A stretch of DNA of 64,000 bases. Origin: Phycisphaerae bacterium. Its GTDB lineage: Bacteria > Planctomycetota > Phycisphaerae > JAJVII01. The notes beneath the pieces are model-generated. The model was not told the origin of the DNA, ran no database searches, and saw nothing but the letters and a program-made list of their open reading frames with translations. Every line of letters begins with the position of its first letter. Positions within the stretch are counted from its first letter, which is position 1. The translations under genes and the position numbers were made by a program. This document shows, piece by piece, positions 17,365 through 26,783 of the stretch. Location of the stretch: the NCBI GenBank assembly GCA_022072085.1, contig JAJVII010000043.1:446-64445 (forward strand), written 5' to 3'.

Positions 17365-18857
17365 GCCGCCTGCCTCGCCGAAACGGCGCCAGGCGTCGCG
17401 TCGTCAGCCCGCTGCCGGCGGCGCTGGTGCTGGTCGGCCTGGGGTTGATGGCCTTGTCGATCCGGATCGGCCGGGCCGACGACGCTGCCGCCAAGAAGGC
17501 CCCGACGACGCGGACCGTCAACTGCACCGAGGGCGGCTGCCACGCCAAGGAGATCGACTACAAGGTGCTGCACGGGCCGACCTCCATCGGCGCCTGCGAC
17601 ACCTGCCACGAGTACACCGACGTCGCGACGCACAAGTTCAAGCTCAAGCGCGAACCGACCAAGCTGTGCACCTTCTGCCACGTCGGGCAGGAAGCCGGCA
17701 AGTTGATCCACAAGCCGGTGTCTGAGGGCCAGTGCCTGGGCTGCCACAACCCGCACGGGTCGAGCAACCGCCAGATGCTCCGCAGCGACAACGCCGGCCA
17801 GCTCTGCGCGACCTGCCACGGCGACGTCACGCAGGCCCGCAAGCAGGTCCACGGGCCGGTCGCCGCCGGCAACTGCGTCACCTGCCACAACGCCCACAGT
17901 TCCAACCACCCGCACCTGCTGGTGGCCGAGGGACGCGGCCTCTGCCTGGGCTGCCACAAGGAGATGGATCAGCAGCTCAAGGAGGTGAAGTATCTCCACG
18001 AGCCGGTCAAGGGCGACTGCCTCCAGTGCCACGAGCCCCACGCCTCCAACCAGAAGATGCATCTCCGCAAGGACCCGCTGGACCTGTGCAGCTCCTGCCA
18101 CGCCAATGTGAAGGACCAGGCCCTCAAGAGCACGCACAAGCACACCCCGGTGACCACCGGCGACGCCTGCATCAGTTGCCACACGCCCCACGGCAGCGAC
18201 ACGGCCAAGCTGATGAAGGCGCCCGCCGCCAAGGTCTGCCTCGCCTGCCACGACAAGCCGATCAAGGAAGACAACCTGACCGTCGCCTCGGTCGCCGAGA
18301 TCGCCAAGCCCGGCGAGTTCCTCCACGGGCCCATCCGCGACGGCAACTGCTCCGGCTGCCACAACGTCCACGGCAGCAACGAGAGTCGGCTGCTGGCGGC
18401 GCCCTACACATCCAACTTCTACGCCCCGTTCAGCGTCGAGGATTACGAGCTCTGCTTCACCTGCCACAGCAAGCAGATGGTGACCACCGCGCAGACCCAG
18501 GGGCTGACCAACTTCCGCGACGGGACGGCCAACCTGCACTACGTCCACGTCAACCGCGAAAAGGGGCGCACCTGCCGGGCCTGCCACAGCACCCACGCCT
18601 CCGACCACCCGCTGCACATCCGCGACAGCGTGCCGTTCGGCAACTGGGAGCTGCCGATCCACTTCACCCCGACCGCCAACGGCGGCAAGTGCCAGAGCGG
18701 CTGCCACAAGCCGCTGGAATACAACCGCCTCGGGGCCGTGACGATCAAGCCGCCCGGCGCCCCGGCCACCCAGCCCGACGCCCCGCCGCCCGGCCCGTCC
18801 GCGACCCCTGCGCCCGCAACGACGACCGCACCCGACACCCCGGATGCCAAGCCATGA
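17361..18857 (+). CDS. Periplasmic multiheme c-type cytochrome (13 CXXCH + variants), paralogue of 10025..11491
   Basis: Same doubled-CXXCH repeat architecture, ending …CRACHSTHASDHPLHIRDSVPFG…C..GCH as the paralogue. ATGA overlap with the upstream gene. ORF-track 16422..18857 is an N-terminal extension. Confidence 0.85.
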   Translation: MSRLPRRNGARRRVVSPLPAALVLVGLGLMALSIRIGRADDAAAKKAPTTRTVNCTEGGCHAKEIDYKVLHGPTSIGACDTCHEYTDVATHKFKLKREPTKLCTFCHVGQEAGKLIHKPVSEGQCLGCHNPHGSSNRQMLRSDNAGQLCATCHGDVTQARKQVHGPVAAGNCVTCHNAHSSNHPHLLVAEGRGLCLGCHKEMDQQLKEVKYLHEPVKGDCLQCHEPHASNQKMHLRKDPLDLCSSCHANVKDQALKSTHKHTPVTTGDACISCHTPHGSDTAKLMKAPAAKVCLACHDKPIKEDNLTVASVAEIAKPGEFLHGPIRDGNCSGCHNVHGSNESRLLAAPYTSNFYAPFSVEDYELCFTCHSKQMVTTAQTQGLTNFRDGTANLHYVHVNREKGRTCRACHSTHASDHPLHIRDSVPFGNWELPIHFTPTANGGKCQSGCHKPLEYNRLGAVTIKPPGAPATQPDAPPPGPSATPAPATTTAPDTPDAKP

Positions 18858-19915
18858 ACTCGAAGGAGTCTGCCATGATCTCGCATCCCGTTCGACTCCG
18901 CCTCACGCCGACGCTCGCCCTGGCGTTGCTGGCCGGGCTGAGCTTCTGGCCCACCGGCGCCGTCGGCGACGATCAGCCCACCACCGCCGCCGACGACGCT
19001 CAGTGGTCAGCCAAGGACCTCGACGGCAACGCCGTCCAACTGGGCGACCCGGCCAAGCCGACCGTGCTGCTGTTCCTCATGTCGGGCCAGCCGCAGAGCG
19101 CCGACGCCCTCAAACGCGTCACCGCGTCAGTCAAGGCCCACCCCGGCGTGGACGCCGTCGCCATCGTCAGCGCCGACAAGGCCGCCGACTACGCCGCCAA
19201 GATCAAGGCCGACTGGCCCGGAAAGGTCGCCCTGGACGCCGACTACGCGCTGGCCGGTCGGTGCAACGTGCACGTCTGGCCGACCACGGTCATCCGCGTG
19301 CCCGGCGGAAAGCAACTCGCCCACATGGGCGGACTGCCCGCGTCGCTGGACAACCAGGTGGGGGCCTGGCTGGACTTCGCGACCGGCGCGATCGACGAGG
19401 CCGCGCTCAAGCGTCGGCTCAGCGGGCAGGAGGTCGTCGAGGACAACCCCGCGCAGATGGCGGCGCGGCACCTGGCGGCTGCCGACCGGCTGCTGGACAA
19501 GGGGCTGGTCGCCCAGGCGCGCGACGAGTTGGAGCGCGGGCTGAAGATCAGGCCCGCCGACAGCGCCCTCCAGCTTGCGATGGCCCGCGTGCTGCTGCTG
19601 ATGGACCAGCCGGCCGACGCGATGGCCCTGCTGGACCGGATCGACGCCTCCTCCGTCCCGCCGTGGAAGCTGGACGTGGTGCGAGGCCGGGCCCTGATGG
19701 CGATGGAGAAATGGGACCAGGCCTCGGCGGTGCTGGTCCGGGCGGTGAAGCTGAACCCCGAGCCGTCGGAGGCCTACTACGCGCTGGGCCAAATCTACGA
19801 ACACGCCCTGGACTACCGCCAGGCGGCGACGGCCTACAGGGCGGCGTTCGAGAACAGCCCCACGGGGAGGAAGCTGACGATTTCCCCGATTCCGACGACG
19901 CAGCCGGGGGAGTGA
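18854..19915 (+). CDS. Secreted thioredoxin-fold + TPR protein, paralogue of 11488..12531 (no Cys in the Trx-like core)
   Basis: ATGA overlap with the cytochrome. Same domain order as the paralogue (Trx-like core PTVLLFLMSG…VWPTTVIRVPGGKQ, then TPR helices). ORF-track 17732..19915 is an extension. Confidence 0.6.
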   Translation: MNSKESAMISHPVRLRLTPTLALALLAGLSFWPTGAVGDDQPTTAADDAQWSAKDLDGNAVQLGDPAKPTVLLFLMSGQPQSADALKRVTASVKAHPGVDAVAIVSADKAADYAAKIKADWPGKVALDADYALAGRCNVHVWPTTVIRVPGGKQLAHMGGLPASLDNQVGAWLDFATGAIDEAALKRRLSGQEVVEDNPAQMAARHLAAADRLLDKGLVAQARDELERGLKIRPADSALQLAMARVLLLMDQPADAMALLDRIDASSVPPWKLDVVRGRALMAMEKWDQASAVLVRAVKLNPEPSEAYYALGQIYEHALDYRQAATAYRAAFENSPTGRKLTISPIPTTQPGE

Positions 19916-20044
19916 AACAGTTGGCAGGCCAGGACGCCTGAAGGAGCCGCGCGGGGCGAGCCGCCGCGGTTCCTTGCATTCCGGGCGCGGCGACCTTGCC
20001 CGCGACGGCACGTTGGAGTATGACAGCAGCGAGGGTTCCACCGG

Positions 20045-21223
20045 ATGTCCAGCGGCCTGCAACAGCCTGAGCGCCCGCCGCGGCTTCGTGCGCCCGGCGC
20101 GTGGGCCCGCCGCCTGATGCTGGCGGCGATGGTCGCGGTCGTCGCGGCCATGGGGTGCAGCGATCCGCACACGCGATACAAGGTGCTCAGCTTCTTCTTC
20201 GACGGCGTGCCCGACCCCGACGCCCCGCCGGGGACCGGTCCTGAGGGCACAGGAGAAACGGCGTCGGCCGCCGCCAACGTCAAGCCGCAATTCATCCACG
20301 CCCCCTACCGCGACCGCAACTGTCTGCCCTGCCACGAGGTGGCCACGCCCCAGACCGGGCTGACGGCCAACATGACCATCTGCGGCAAGTGCCACGCGGT
20401 CTACGGGCAGTTCGGGGCCGCCGAGTGGGTCCACGGGCCGACCGCGCTGGGCCTGTGCGGGCTCTGCCACGACCCGCACAAGTCGGAATACCCGCACATC
20501 ATCAAGCAGGCGCAGCCGACGCTCTGCCTCAACTGCCACACCGATCCCAAGCTGCTGGGCGAGCCCTATCACGAGCTGGCGGCGCTGGGCAAGGCCGTCT
20601 GCTCCGACTGCCACGACCCGCACATGGCGGGCAACCGGCTGCTGCTGGTCGACGCCGGCAGCTACCAGCGGCGCAAGCCGGACCTGAAGCTGGCCAGCAC
20701 GCACCCGCCGTTCCGCGACCGCAAGTGCCAGATGTGCCACTCGGGCGACTCCAACGCGGTGCGTCCGAACCTCGTCCAGGAAGCCTGCCGGACCTGCCAC
20801 AAGAACATTCGCGAGCCGAGCGGCCCGAACGAGAAGGTGCACCCGGCGCTGGCCCAGGACAAGTGCCTGAACTGCCACGAGCCGCACCAGTCGACGCGGC
20901 CGCACCTGATCCGCCCGACGGCCCAGGAGATCTGCATGACCTGCCACAAGGTCGAGCAGATCAGCGGGCCGGCGCATCCGCCGGTGGTGCGGGTCGACTG
21001 CCTGCTCTGCCACCAGGGACACGAATCGACGCGGGCGCACCTGCTGCGCCGCGGCGTGCCGATCGCCGGGGAGAAGGTTCCGCCGGTGGAATGGCTGGAG
21101 GAGCCCGGACGCCCGCCGGCCAACCTGGAAACGACGCCACCCACGACGCAGCCGACGACGGCGGAAGATGACGCCGCGCCGGCGCCCGGAACGGGGCCGA
21201 CCCCCGCAGGACCCCAGCCGTGA
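20045..21223 (+). CDS. Decaheme c-type cytochrome, probable lipoprotein (candidate periplasmic or OM component of a porin-cytochrome conduit)
   Basis: Signal/lipobox-like AAMGCS, then CLPCH, CGKCH, CGLCH, CLNCH, CSDCH, CQMCH, CRTCH, CLNCH, CMTCH, CLLCH, and a Thr/Pro-rich tail (TTPPTTQPTT). Confidence 0.8.
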   Translation: MSSGLQQPERPPRLRAPGAWARRLMLAAMVAVVAAMGCSDPHTRYKVLSFFFDGVPDPDAPPGTGPEGTGETASAAANVKPQFIHAPYRDRNCLPCHEVATPQTGLTANMTICGKCHAVYGQFGAAEWVHGPTALGLCGLCHDPHKSEYPHIIKQAQPTLCLNCHTDPKLLGEPYHELAALGKAVCSDCHDPHMAGNRLLLVDAGSYQRRKPDLKLASTHPPFRDRKCQMCHSGDSNAVRPNLVQEACRTCHKNIREPSGPNEKVHPALAQDKCLNCHEPHQSTRPHLIRPTAQEICMTCHKVEQISGPAHPPVVRVDCLLCHQGHESTRAHLLRRGVPIAGEKVPPVEWLEEPGRPPANLETTPPTTQPTTAEDDAAPAPGTGPTPAGPQP

Positions 21224-23238
21224 TGCGCTCGGCGCGTTGGATCTTGGGACTGGCGGGAGCGCTGGCGGCGGCGGCGTGGCCGGCGACAGCGCGGGCGGCC
21301 GAGCCCGACGCCGGTCCGGTCCAGATTGTGCCGCTCAAGGTACTGACGCGCAGCGGCAACCTGTACGTCCGCGGCAGCATGAAGCAGAAGAAGGAGACGT
21401 TCGGCGGCGGCAGCGACTCGAACCAGAAGGACACGTACCTCGAAGAGGGTGTCGACTTGCAGTCCACCGGATACATCTATCACCCCAACCTGATGGAGTG
21501 GTTCGCCGCCTTCCGCCTGGGGCTCACCCAGCAGCAGATTGACCTGAACGAAACGCAGGAGAAGTTCCGCGGCACGCTGCTGGGCTTCGACCTGTCGGGC
21601 CTGCTGCTCCAGAAGAAGCGCGTCTCCGCGCGGGTCTTCGCATCGCGGACGCAGAACCAGGTCGACCGCAACTTCGCCGCCCGCCTGGAGGTCATCCAGA
21701 GCCGCTTCGGCGTCGAGCTGATCCGCCGGGGCAAGTTCCCCATCACGCTGCTGCTGGAGCAACTGGGCCTGACCGAGAAGGACGAGCAGCGCAACGACGA
21801 CCAGACCAGCCGCCACGCCCGGTTCACGGTCAGCGACCAGCGGAACTCCGACCATTTCACCGAGCTGATCCTGGACCTGCTGGACGTGACCGAGACGATC
21901 ACCAACATCGGCGACACGACCAGCACGACCGAGGACGCCTCCTACCGACAGCTCGAGGCGCTGCTGAACACGGTGCACCGGTTCGGGTCGGGGACCGAGA
22001 AGAACCGCTTCGCCGCGTCGGGGCGACTGCGCGACCGCACGGGGTACTTCCCCGAGCGCGAAATGGACCTGGACGCGTCGCTGGACCTGGTCCACAGCCC
22101 GACGCTGACCAGCTTCTACCACGCCGCTTACCACGACAACCGCACCGACACGGACCAGGACAAGACGACGACGCTGGACGCCGGTTTCGCCAAGCAGATT
22201 TACGAGAGCCTGAACATCGCCGGGCGCGGGAACTGGACCAGCTCGCAGTTCATCGGCGGGACGCAGAAGATCGTCGGCCTGTTCACCGACCTTCAGTACC
22301 ACAAGAAGACGCCCATCGGCCCGTACACCAGTCAGTTGTCGCTGGGCTGGCAGCGCGAGCAGGAGCAGAACGCCGGCAGCACGCGCGTCGTCCGCGACGA
22401 GTCTCACACGCTGGACGACGTCACGTTCACCCAGCTCATGCAGGCCAACGTCATCTCCGGGACCGTCCAGGTCACCAACGCCGACCACACGCAGACCTAC
22501 GTGCTGGACAGCGACTACGAGCTTCAGACGACCGGCGCCTTCACCGAAATCCGCCGTAAGACCACCGGCGACATCGCCGCCGACCAGGCGGTGCTGGTCA
22601 CCTACTCGATCGCCGTCGCCGGAGACTCGACCTTCGACACGACCACGCTGACCTGGAACAACCGGCTGGCCCTGGAGAAGGTTCCCCTGACCCCTTACTA
22701 CAACATCCACCGCCGCGCCGACAAGCTGACCGGCGGGCAGGACCCCGGCAACCTGGACACCCAGACCACGCAGTTGTTCGGACTGCAACTGGACTGGAAG
22801 GGCCTGATCGTCAACGTCGAGCATGAGACCCGCGATCAGATGCTCTACCCCTCCTCGGTCGCCGACCGCGTCCGCGCCCGTTACCAGCACCGCCTCACCC
22901 GCGACGCCGACCTGTCGCTGGGCGGACTGATCGAGAAGCTGACCTACGACAGCGCCGCCCGCTACAACCTGGGTCCCAACGGCGACCGCCTGGACACCAC
23001 GACCGCCTTCGCCCGCACGACGATCCGGCTGCGCAACTCCCTGCTGCTGCGGCTGTCGGCCGACTACATCAAGACCCAGGGCCGCACCAACGACGAGCGG
23101 GCCGAGTTCAAGGGCCAACTGGAATGGAACTACCGCAACATCGAGCTGTCGGTGGAAGCGCGGCAGAACTTCTATCAGCACGAACAGAACAAGGGCAACG
23201 AACAGGCGATCCTCTTCTCGATCAAGAGGAGGTTCTGA
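21220..23238 (+). CDS. Outer-membrane beta-barrel protein (MtrB/OmbB-like porin candidate)
   Basis: Cleavable signal peptide (…AAAWPATARAAEP). 672 aa rich in T/S/N/Q/D/R/Y with alternating amphipathic stretches, and a C-terminal …AILFSIKRRF ending in Phe, the classic OMP signature. ATGA overlap with the decaheme gene. The 952-aa ORF 20662..23520(-) is its antisense artefact. Confidence 0.6.
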   Translation: MMRSARWILGLAGALAAAAWPATARAAEPDAGPVQIVPLKVLTRSGNLYVRGSMKQKKETFGGGSDSNQKDTYLEEGVDLQSTGYIYHPNLMEWFAAFRLGLTQQQIDLNETQEKFRGTLLGFDLSGLLLQKKRVSARVFASRTQNQVDRNFAARLEVIQSRFGVELIRRGKFPITLLLEQLGLTEKDEQRNDDQTSRHARFTVSDQRNSDHFTELILDLLDVTETITNIGDTTSTTEDASYRQLEALLNTVHRFGSGTEKNRFAASGRLRDRTGYFPEREMDLDASLDLVHSPTLTSFYHAAYHDNRTDTDQDKTTTLDAGFAKQIYESLNIAGRGNWTSSQFIGGTQKIVGLFTDLQYHKKTPIGPYTSQLSLGWQREQEQNAGSTRVVRDESHTLDDVTFTQLMQANVISGTVQVTNADHTQTYVLDSDYELQTTGAFTEIRRKTTGDIAADQAVLVTYSIAVAGDSTFDTTTLTWNNRLALEKVPLTPYYNIHRRADKLTGGQDPGNLDTQTTQLFGLQLDWKGLIVNVEHETRDQMLYPSSVADRVRARYQHRLTRDADLSLGGLIEKLTYDSAARYNLGPNGDRLDTTTAFARTTIRLRNSLLLRLSADYIKTQGRTNDERAEFKGQLEWNYRNIELSVEARQNFYQHEQNKGNEQAILFSIKRRF

Positions 23239-23239
23239 G

Positions 23240-24310
23240 ATGAACGCAACGAGAGTCGGACAACGCGCCCGGCGGCGCGGAGCGATCCGGATAACGCTGC
23301 TGGCGGCGGCGCTGCTGGCCGTCGCCGGGACGTCGGGCGGCTGCAAGCCCAACGAGCCGCCGCAGATTCTCCGCACCTGGCCCGCGACCGGCACGCCGCG
23401 AATCGTCCTGCGCAAGGTCATCCACGGAGCCCAGGACGTCGAGCCGCAGACCGGGCTGGCGGCGTTCATCCGCAATCTGGCCGGCCCGACCAAACAGGTC
23501 ATCCGCCGCCCGCAGGGCATCGCCGTGGACGACCGCCGGCGGCTGTTCGTCGTCGACCAGGAGAACCAGGGCGTTCACGTCCTGGACCTGGACAAGGGCG
23601 AGGTGCATTTCATCGACCGGGCCGGCAAGACGGCGTTCGTTTCGCCGGTGGCGGCCGCCTGGTGCGACGGCAAGCTGGCCGTCTCCGACAACGCCCTCAA
23701 GCAGGTCTTCTGGCTGGACGCCTCCGGCAAGCTGCTGGGGACGGTGAACGCGCCGGGCGGGTGGCGTCGGCCGACCGGACTGGCGTGGGATTCGACGTCG
23801 CACGAGCTTTACGTCGTCGACACGGTCACCGACGAGGTGCTGGTGTTCGGCGGCGACGGGCAACTGGTGCGGAAGTTCGGCCAGCCGGGGACCGGCCCGG
23901 GCCAGTTCAACGCCCCGACGCACCTGTCCGTCGCGCCCGGCGGGCCGGTGCTGGTGGCCGACTCGCTGAACTACCGCATCCAGCTTCTGGACCGCACGGG
24001 CAAGCCGCTGCTGGCGATCGGCAAGCAGGGCGACGCCAGCGGGCACATGGGCCTGCCCAAGGGCGTGGGCATCGACGCGCTGGGCCATCTCTACGTGGCC
24101 GACTCGGGCCTGGCGGCGGTGCAGATATTCGATCAGAAGGGCGACCTGCTGCTGGGCGTCGGCGAGCGAGGCAGCGGCGTGGGGGAGTTTGAAATCCCCA
24201 CGGGAATGGCTGTGCGCGGTAACATGATCTATGTCAGCGACTACTTCCTCAGTCGCGTCCTGGTGTTCGAATACGTGGGCGGGGAGGATGACCATGAACA
24301 GGCTCAGTAA
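23240..24310 (+). CDS. NHL-repeat beta-propeller lipoprotein
   Basis: Lipobox (AGTSGGC), then six NHL-like blades (…LYVADS…, …PTGLAWD…, …PTHLSVAPGGPVLVADSLNYRIQLLD…). Confidence 0.75.
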   Translation: MNATRVGQRARRRGAIRITLLAAALLAVAGTSGGCKPNEPPQILRTWPATGTPRIVLRKVIHGAQDVEPQTGLAAFIRNLAGPTKQVIRRPQGIAVDDRRRLFVVDQENQGVHVLDLDKGEVHFIDRAGKTAFVSPVAAAWCDGKLAVSDNALKQVFWLDASGKLLGTVNAPGGWRRPTGLAWDSTSHELYVVDTVTDEVLVFGGDGQLVRKFGQPGTGPGQFNAPTHLSVAPGGPVLVADSLNYRIQLLDRTGKPLLAIGKQGDASGHMGLPKGVGIDALGHLYVADSGLAAVQIFDQKGDLLLGVGERGSGVGEFEIPTGMAVRGNMIYVSDYFLSRVLVFEYVGGEDDHEQAQ

Positions 24311-25985
24311 TTTCGACTTCAGCGTCCGGATCGCGGCCTGGGCGATCTGCCTGCTGCTGCCGACGGCCCTGTCGGCGCAGGACTTCAGCAAGGTGGCCAA
24401 CACCAAGCACAACCTGACGGCCAGCGGACCCGGTCCAATCAAGGTGGCCGGCGCCGGCGAGGTCTGCTACTTCTGCCACACGCCGCACTCAGCCAACCCG
24501 ATCGCGCCGCTGTGGAACCGCCAGACCAACGGCCAATACTACGACGTCTACGGCAGTTCGACGATGAAGGCCGAAGTGCCCCAGCCGACCGGCTCGTCGC
24601 GGCTCTGCCTGAGCTGCCACGACGGGACCATCGCCCTGACGCAGACCTACAACCCGCGGGTCTCGTTCCAGGGGACGATCTACATCACCCCGCAGGACTC
24701 GGGCTATCTGGGCACGGACCTGCGCGACGACCACCCGATCAGCTTCGTCTACGACCAGGGGCTGACTACGCGCGATCCGCAGCTCCGTGACCCGCTCACG
24801 CTGCCCAAGCAGCTCCCCCTGGACGCCGAGAGCCGCGTCCAGTGCACCACCTGCCACGACGCCCACGACGACAGCCTGGGCTTCTTCCTGCGCATGGACA
24901 ACCGCGAGTCGGCCATGTGCGTGAGCTGCCACAACGTCACCGGCTGGACCGCCTCGGTCCACGCGACCTCGGGGCAGGCCGTCCCCGCCGGCAGCGGCAA
25001 GTGGGGCAACCTCACCTACGGCACCGTGCGCGAACTGGCCTGCGAAGCCTGCCACCGCCCCCACACTGCCGGCGGACGCGCCCGGCTGCTTCGCTACCAA
25101 GCCGAAGAGGACAACTGCCTGGACTGCCACGACGGCTCGGTCGCCACCAAGAACGTCTCAAGCGAGCTGACCAAATTCGGCTCGCACCGCGTCAGCCAAT
25201 ACATCAACATCCACGATCCGGCCGAGGATCCGGCGACGATGTCCGAGCACGTCGAATGCGCCGACTGCCACAACCCCCACCAGATGACGGCCACGGGCTC
25301 GGCGTCCGCGCCCAACATCAAGCCCACGATGAAGGGGGCCTCCGGATACACGCGCTTCGGCGCCTCCGTCTCGCCGGCCAACTACGAGTACGAGGTCTGC
25401 TACAAGTGCCACGCCGTGCGCAACCCGGCGACGCCGGTGGTTGACCGCGTCGATCACGACAACAACATCGCCAACGAACTGGACCCCGGCAACGTGAGCT
25501 ATCACCCCGTCGTCGCCCAGGGCCGCAACTCCAGCGTGCCCAGCCTCATCCTTCCCTGGCGGACCACGAGCATGGTCTACTGCACCGACTGCCACGGCAG
25601 CGACGGCAACACGGTCAAGGGCCCCCACGGCTCGGCTTTCTCTCCCCTGCTGGTCAAGAACTACGACTACCACGACCCCTCCAGCGAGTCGCCGCAGGCC
25701 TACGCCCTGTGCTACACCTGTCACAACCGCGACAGCATCCTGGCCAACCAGAGCTTCTCCGAGCACAACCGGCACGTTGCCGAGAAGAAGACCTCCTGCG
25801 CGATCTGCCACGACCCGCATGGCTCGCGGACCAACAAGTTCATGATCAACTTCGACCGCACCGTCGTCACCGCGACCTCCGGCGGCCAGGGACCGACCTA
25901 CACCAGCACGGGCTTGCGCAGCGGCACCTGCACCCTGCGCTGCCACAACGTCGATCACAACAACAAGGCCTACCCCGATCACTGA
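24294..25985 (+). CDS. Secreted multiheme c-type cytochrome (11 CXXCH + CX3CH), candidate extracellular or outer-surface cytochrome
   Basis: Signal peptide (…LLLPTALSAQD), then CYFCH, CLSCH, CTTCH, CVSCH, CEACH, CLDCH, CADCH, CYKCH, CTDCH, CYTCH, CAICH and CTLRCH. GGGAGG lies 7 nt upstream of ATG 24294, which overlaps the NHL gene by 17 nt. Confidence 0.8.
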   Translation: MNRLSNFDFSVRIAAWAICLLLPTALSAQDFSKVANTKHNLTASGPGPIKVAGAGEVCYFCHTPHSANPIAPLWNRQTNGQYYDVYGSSTMKAEVPQPTGSSRLCLSCHDGTIALTQTYNPRVSFQGTIYITPQDSGYLGTDLRDDHPISFVYDQGLTTRDPQLRDPLTLPKQLPLDAESRVQCTTCHDAHDDSLGFFLRMDNRESAMCVSCHNVTGWTASVHATSGQAVPAGSGKWGNLTYGTVRELACEACHRPHTAGGRARLLRYQAEEDNCLDCHDGSVATKNVSSELTKFGSHRVSQYINIHDPAEDPATMSEHVECADCHNPHQMTATGSASAPNIKPTMKGASGYTRFGASVSPANYEYEVCYKCHAVRNPATPVVDRVDHDNNIANELDPGNVSYHPVVAQGRNSSVPSLILPWRTTSMVYCTDCHGSDGNTVKGPHGSAFSPLLVKNYDYHDPSSESPQAYALCYTCHNRDSILANQSFSEHNRHVAEKKTSCAICHDPHGSRTNKFMINFDRTVVTATSGGQGPTYTSTGLRSGTCTLRCHNVDHNNKAYPDH

Positions 25986-26470
25986 CGCCGGGTCGCCGCG
26001 GCAAGGCCCTGATGACATCGCAGTCGCACTTTGCCCCCGGAGCGAGGCTGCATAGCGGGGTCTTCAGAACCTGCCGATCCGTTCCCGCGATGGGTTCCTG
26101 GGATGTCGCCAATCTCGAAATTGGGACAGGGGGAACTGGGTTTGGTGGATGCAAAGAAGGCAGAATGTAAAAATAGGGAATCCTGACAGCCTGGCCGTTG
26201 CCTGTTCGCATCCTCGCCCGTTGTCTGGCTGACGCATATCACCCAATTCGGGCAATTCTCCCCGGCGCCGTTTTCGTGATGTTCACGCCACGCATCATCG
26301 CCCCGATTAGCCGGTAATCATCCCCGCAACGCCCTCAGACCCCCATCGGCTGCCGGGATGCCTCGGATCGCCCTGAGCAGCCGGGCAAACCGCACCGCGT
26401 AAGCTCCATTACAGATTTGGACGCCTCGGCCCTTTCGCTCGCGGACGCTGGGCGTGGCCGACTGTCTGAA

Positions 26471-26484
26471 TCCCATTTTTGGGA
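26471..26484. promoter_or_regulatory. Palindrome TCCCA-TTTT-TGGGA; candidate UAS for the sigma-54 promoter at 26623
   Basis: Same half-sites and N4 spacing as 15719-15734, ~140 bp upstream of the -24 element. Confidence 0.45.
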
Positions 26485-26622
26485 CGGGTCGGAGGCGGGG
26501 AAAACCAATTTCGGAAAAGGTCGCGTGAAGCTGGGAAGACCTTGTCGGACATGCCTGTGGGCAAGTGTTCAAAGGGGCTCAGTTTGTGGCTTTTTCGGGG
26601 AAATCTACCCGAAAACGGCCTC

Positions 26623-26638
26623 TGGTACGCGGTTTGCT
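26623..26638 (+). promoter_or_regulatory. Sigma-54 -24/-12 promoter TGGTAC-GCGGT-TTGCT (identical 16-mer to 9977)
   Basis: Exact 16/16 identity with the promoter at 9977, 145 bp upstream of the first tetraheme gene. Confidence 0.75.
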
Positions 26639-26783
26639 ACATACTCCTTGTAGATCGGGGAAACGCCCCCTCCGATCAGGAGACTGACAGATGATGATGC
26701 GACCGGCTGAATATCGCAGGACCCGCGTGGGTGGCGGCGGCCAGGTTCATCAGGGCAACGGTCAGCCAACTAGGAGGTGTCTT

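Noticed and set aside
15799-18707. ORFs 15799..17286(-) and 17283..18707(-)
   Set aside because: Antisense to the NapC-like and 14-heme cytochrome genes.
16422-19915. ORF-track starts 16422 (811 aa) and 17732 (727 aa)
   Set aside because: These are extensions overlapping upstream genes. The true starts are 17361 and 18854, with ATGA coupling and signal peptides.
19916-20044. Sigma-54 promoter upstream of the decaheme/porin operon
   Set aside because: Several GG…GC candidates were checked (TTGGCAGGCCAGGACGCC, CGGCACGTTGGAGTATGA, GGCGCGGCGACCTTGCC). None has the required 10-nt GG-to-GC spacing.
19127-23520. ORFs 19127..21040(-) 637 aa and 20662..23520(-) 952 aa
   Set aside because: Antisense to the TPR, decaheme and OMP genes. 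Despite their length they have no domain content and Ala/Arg/Gly/Val bias.
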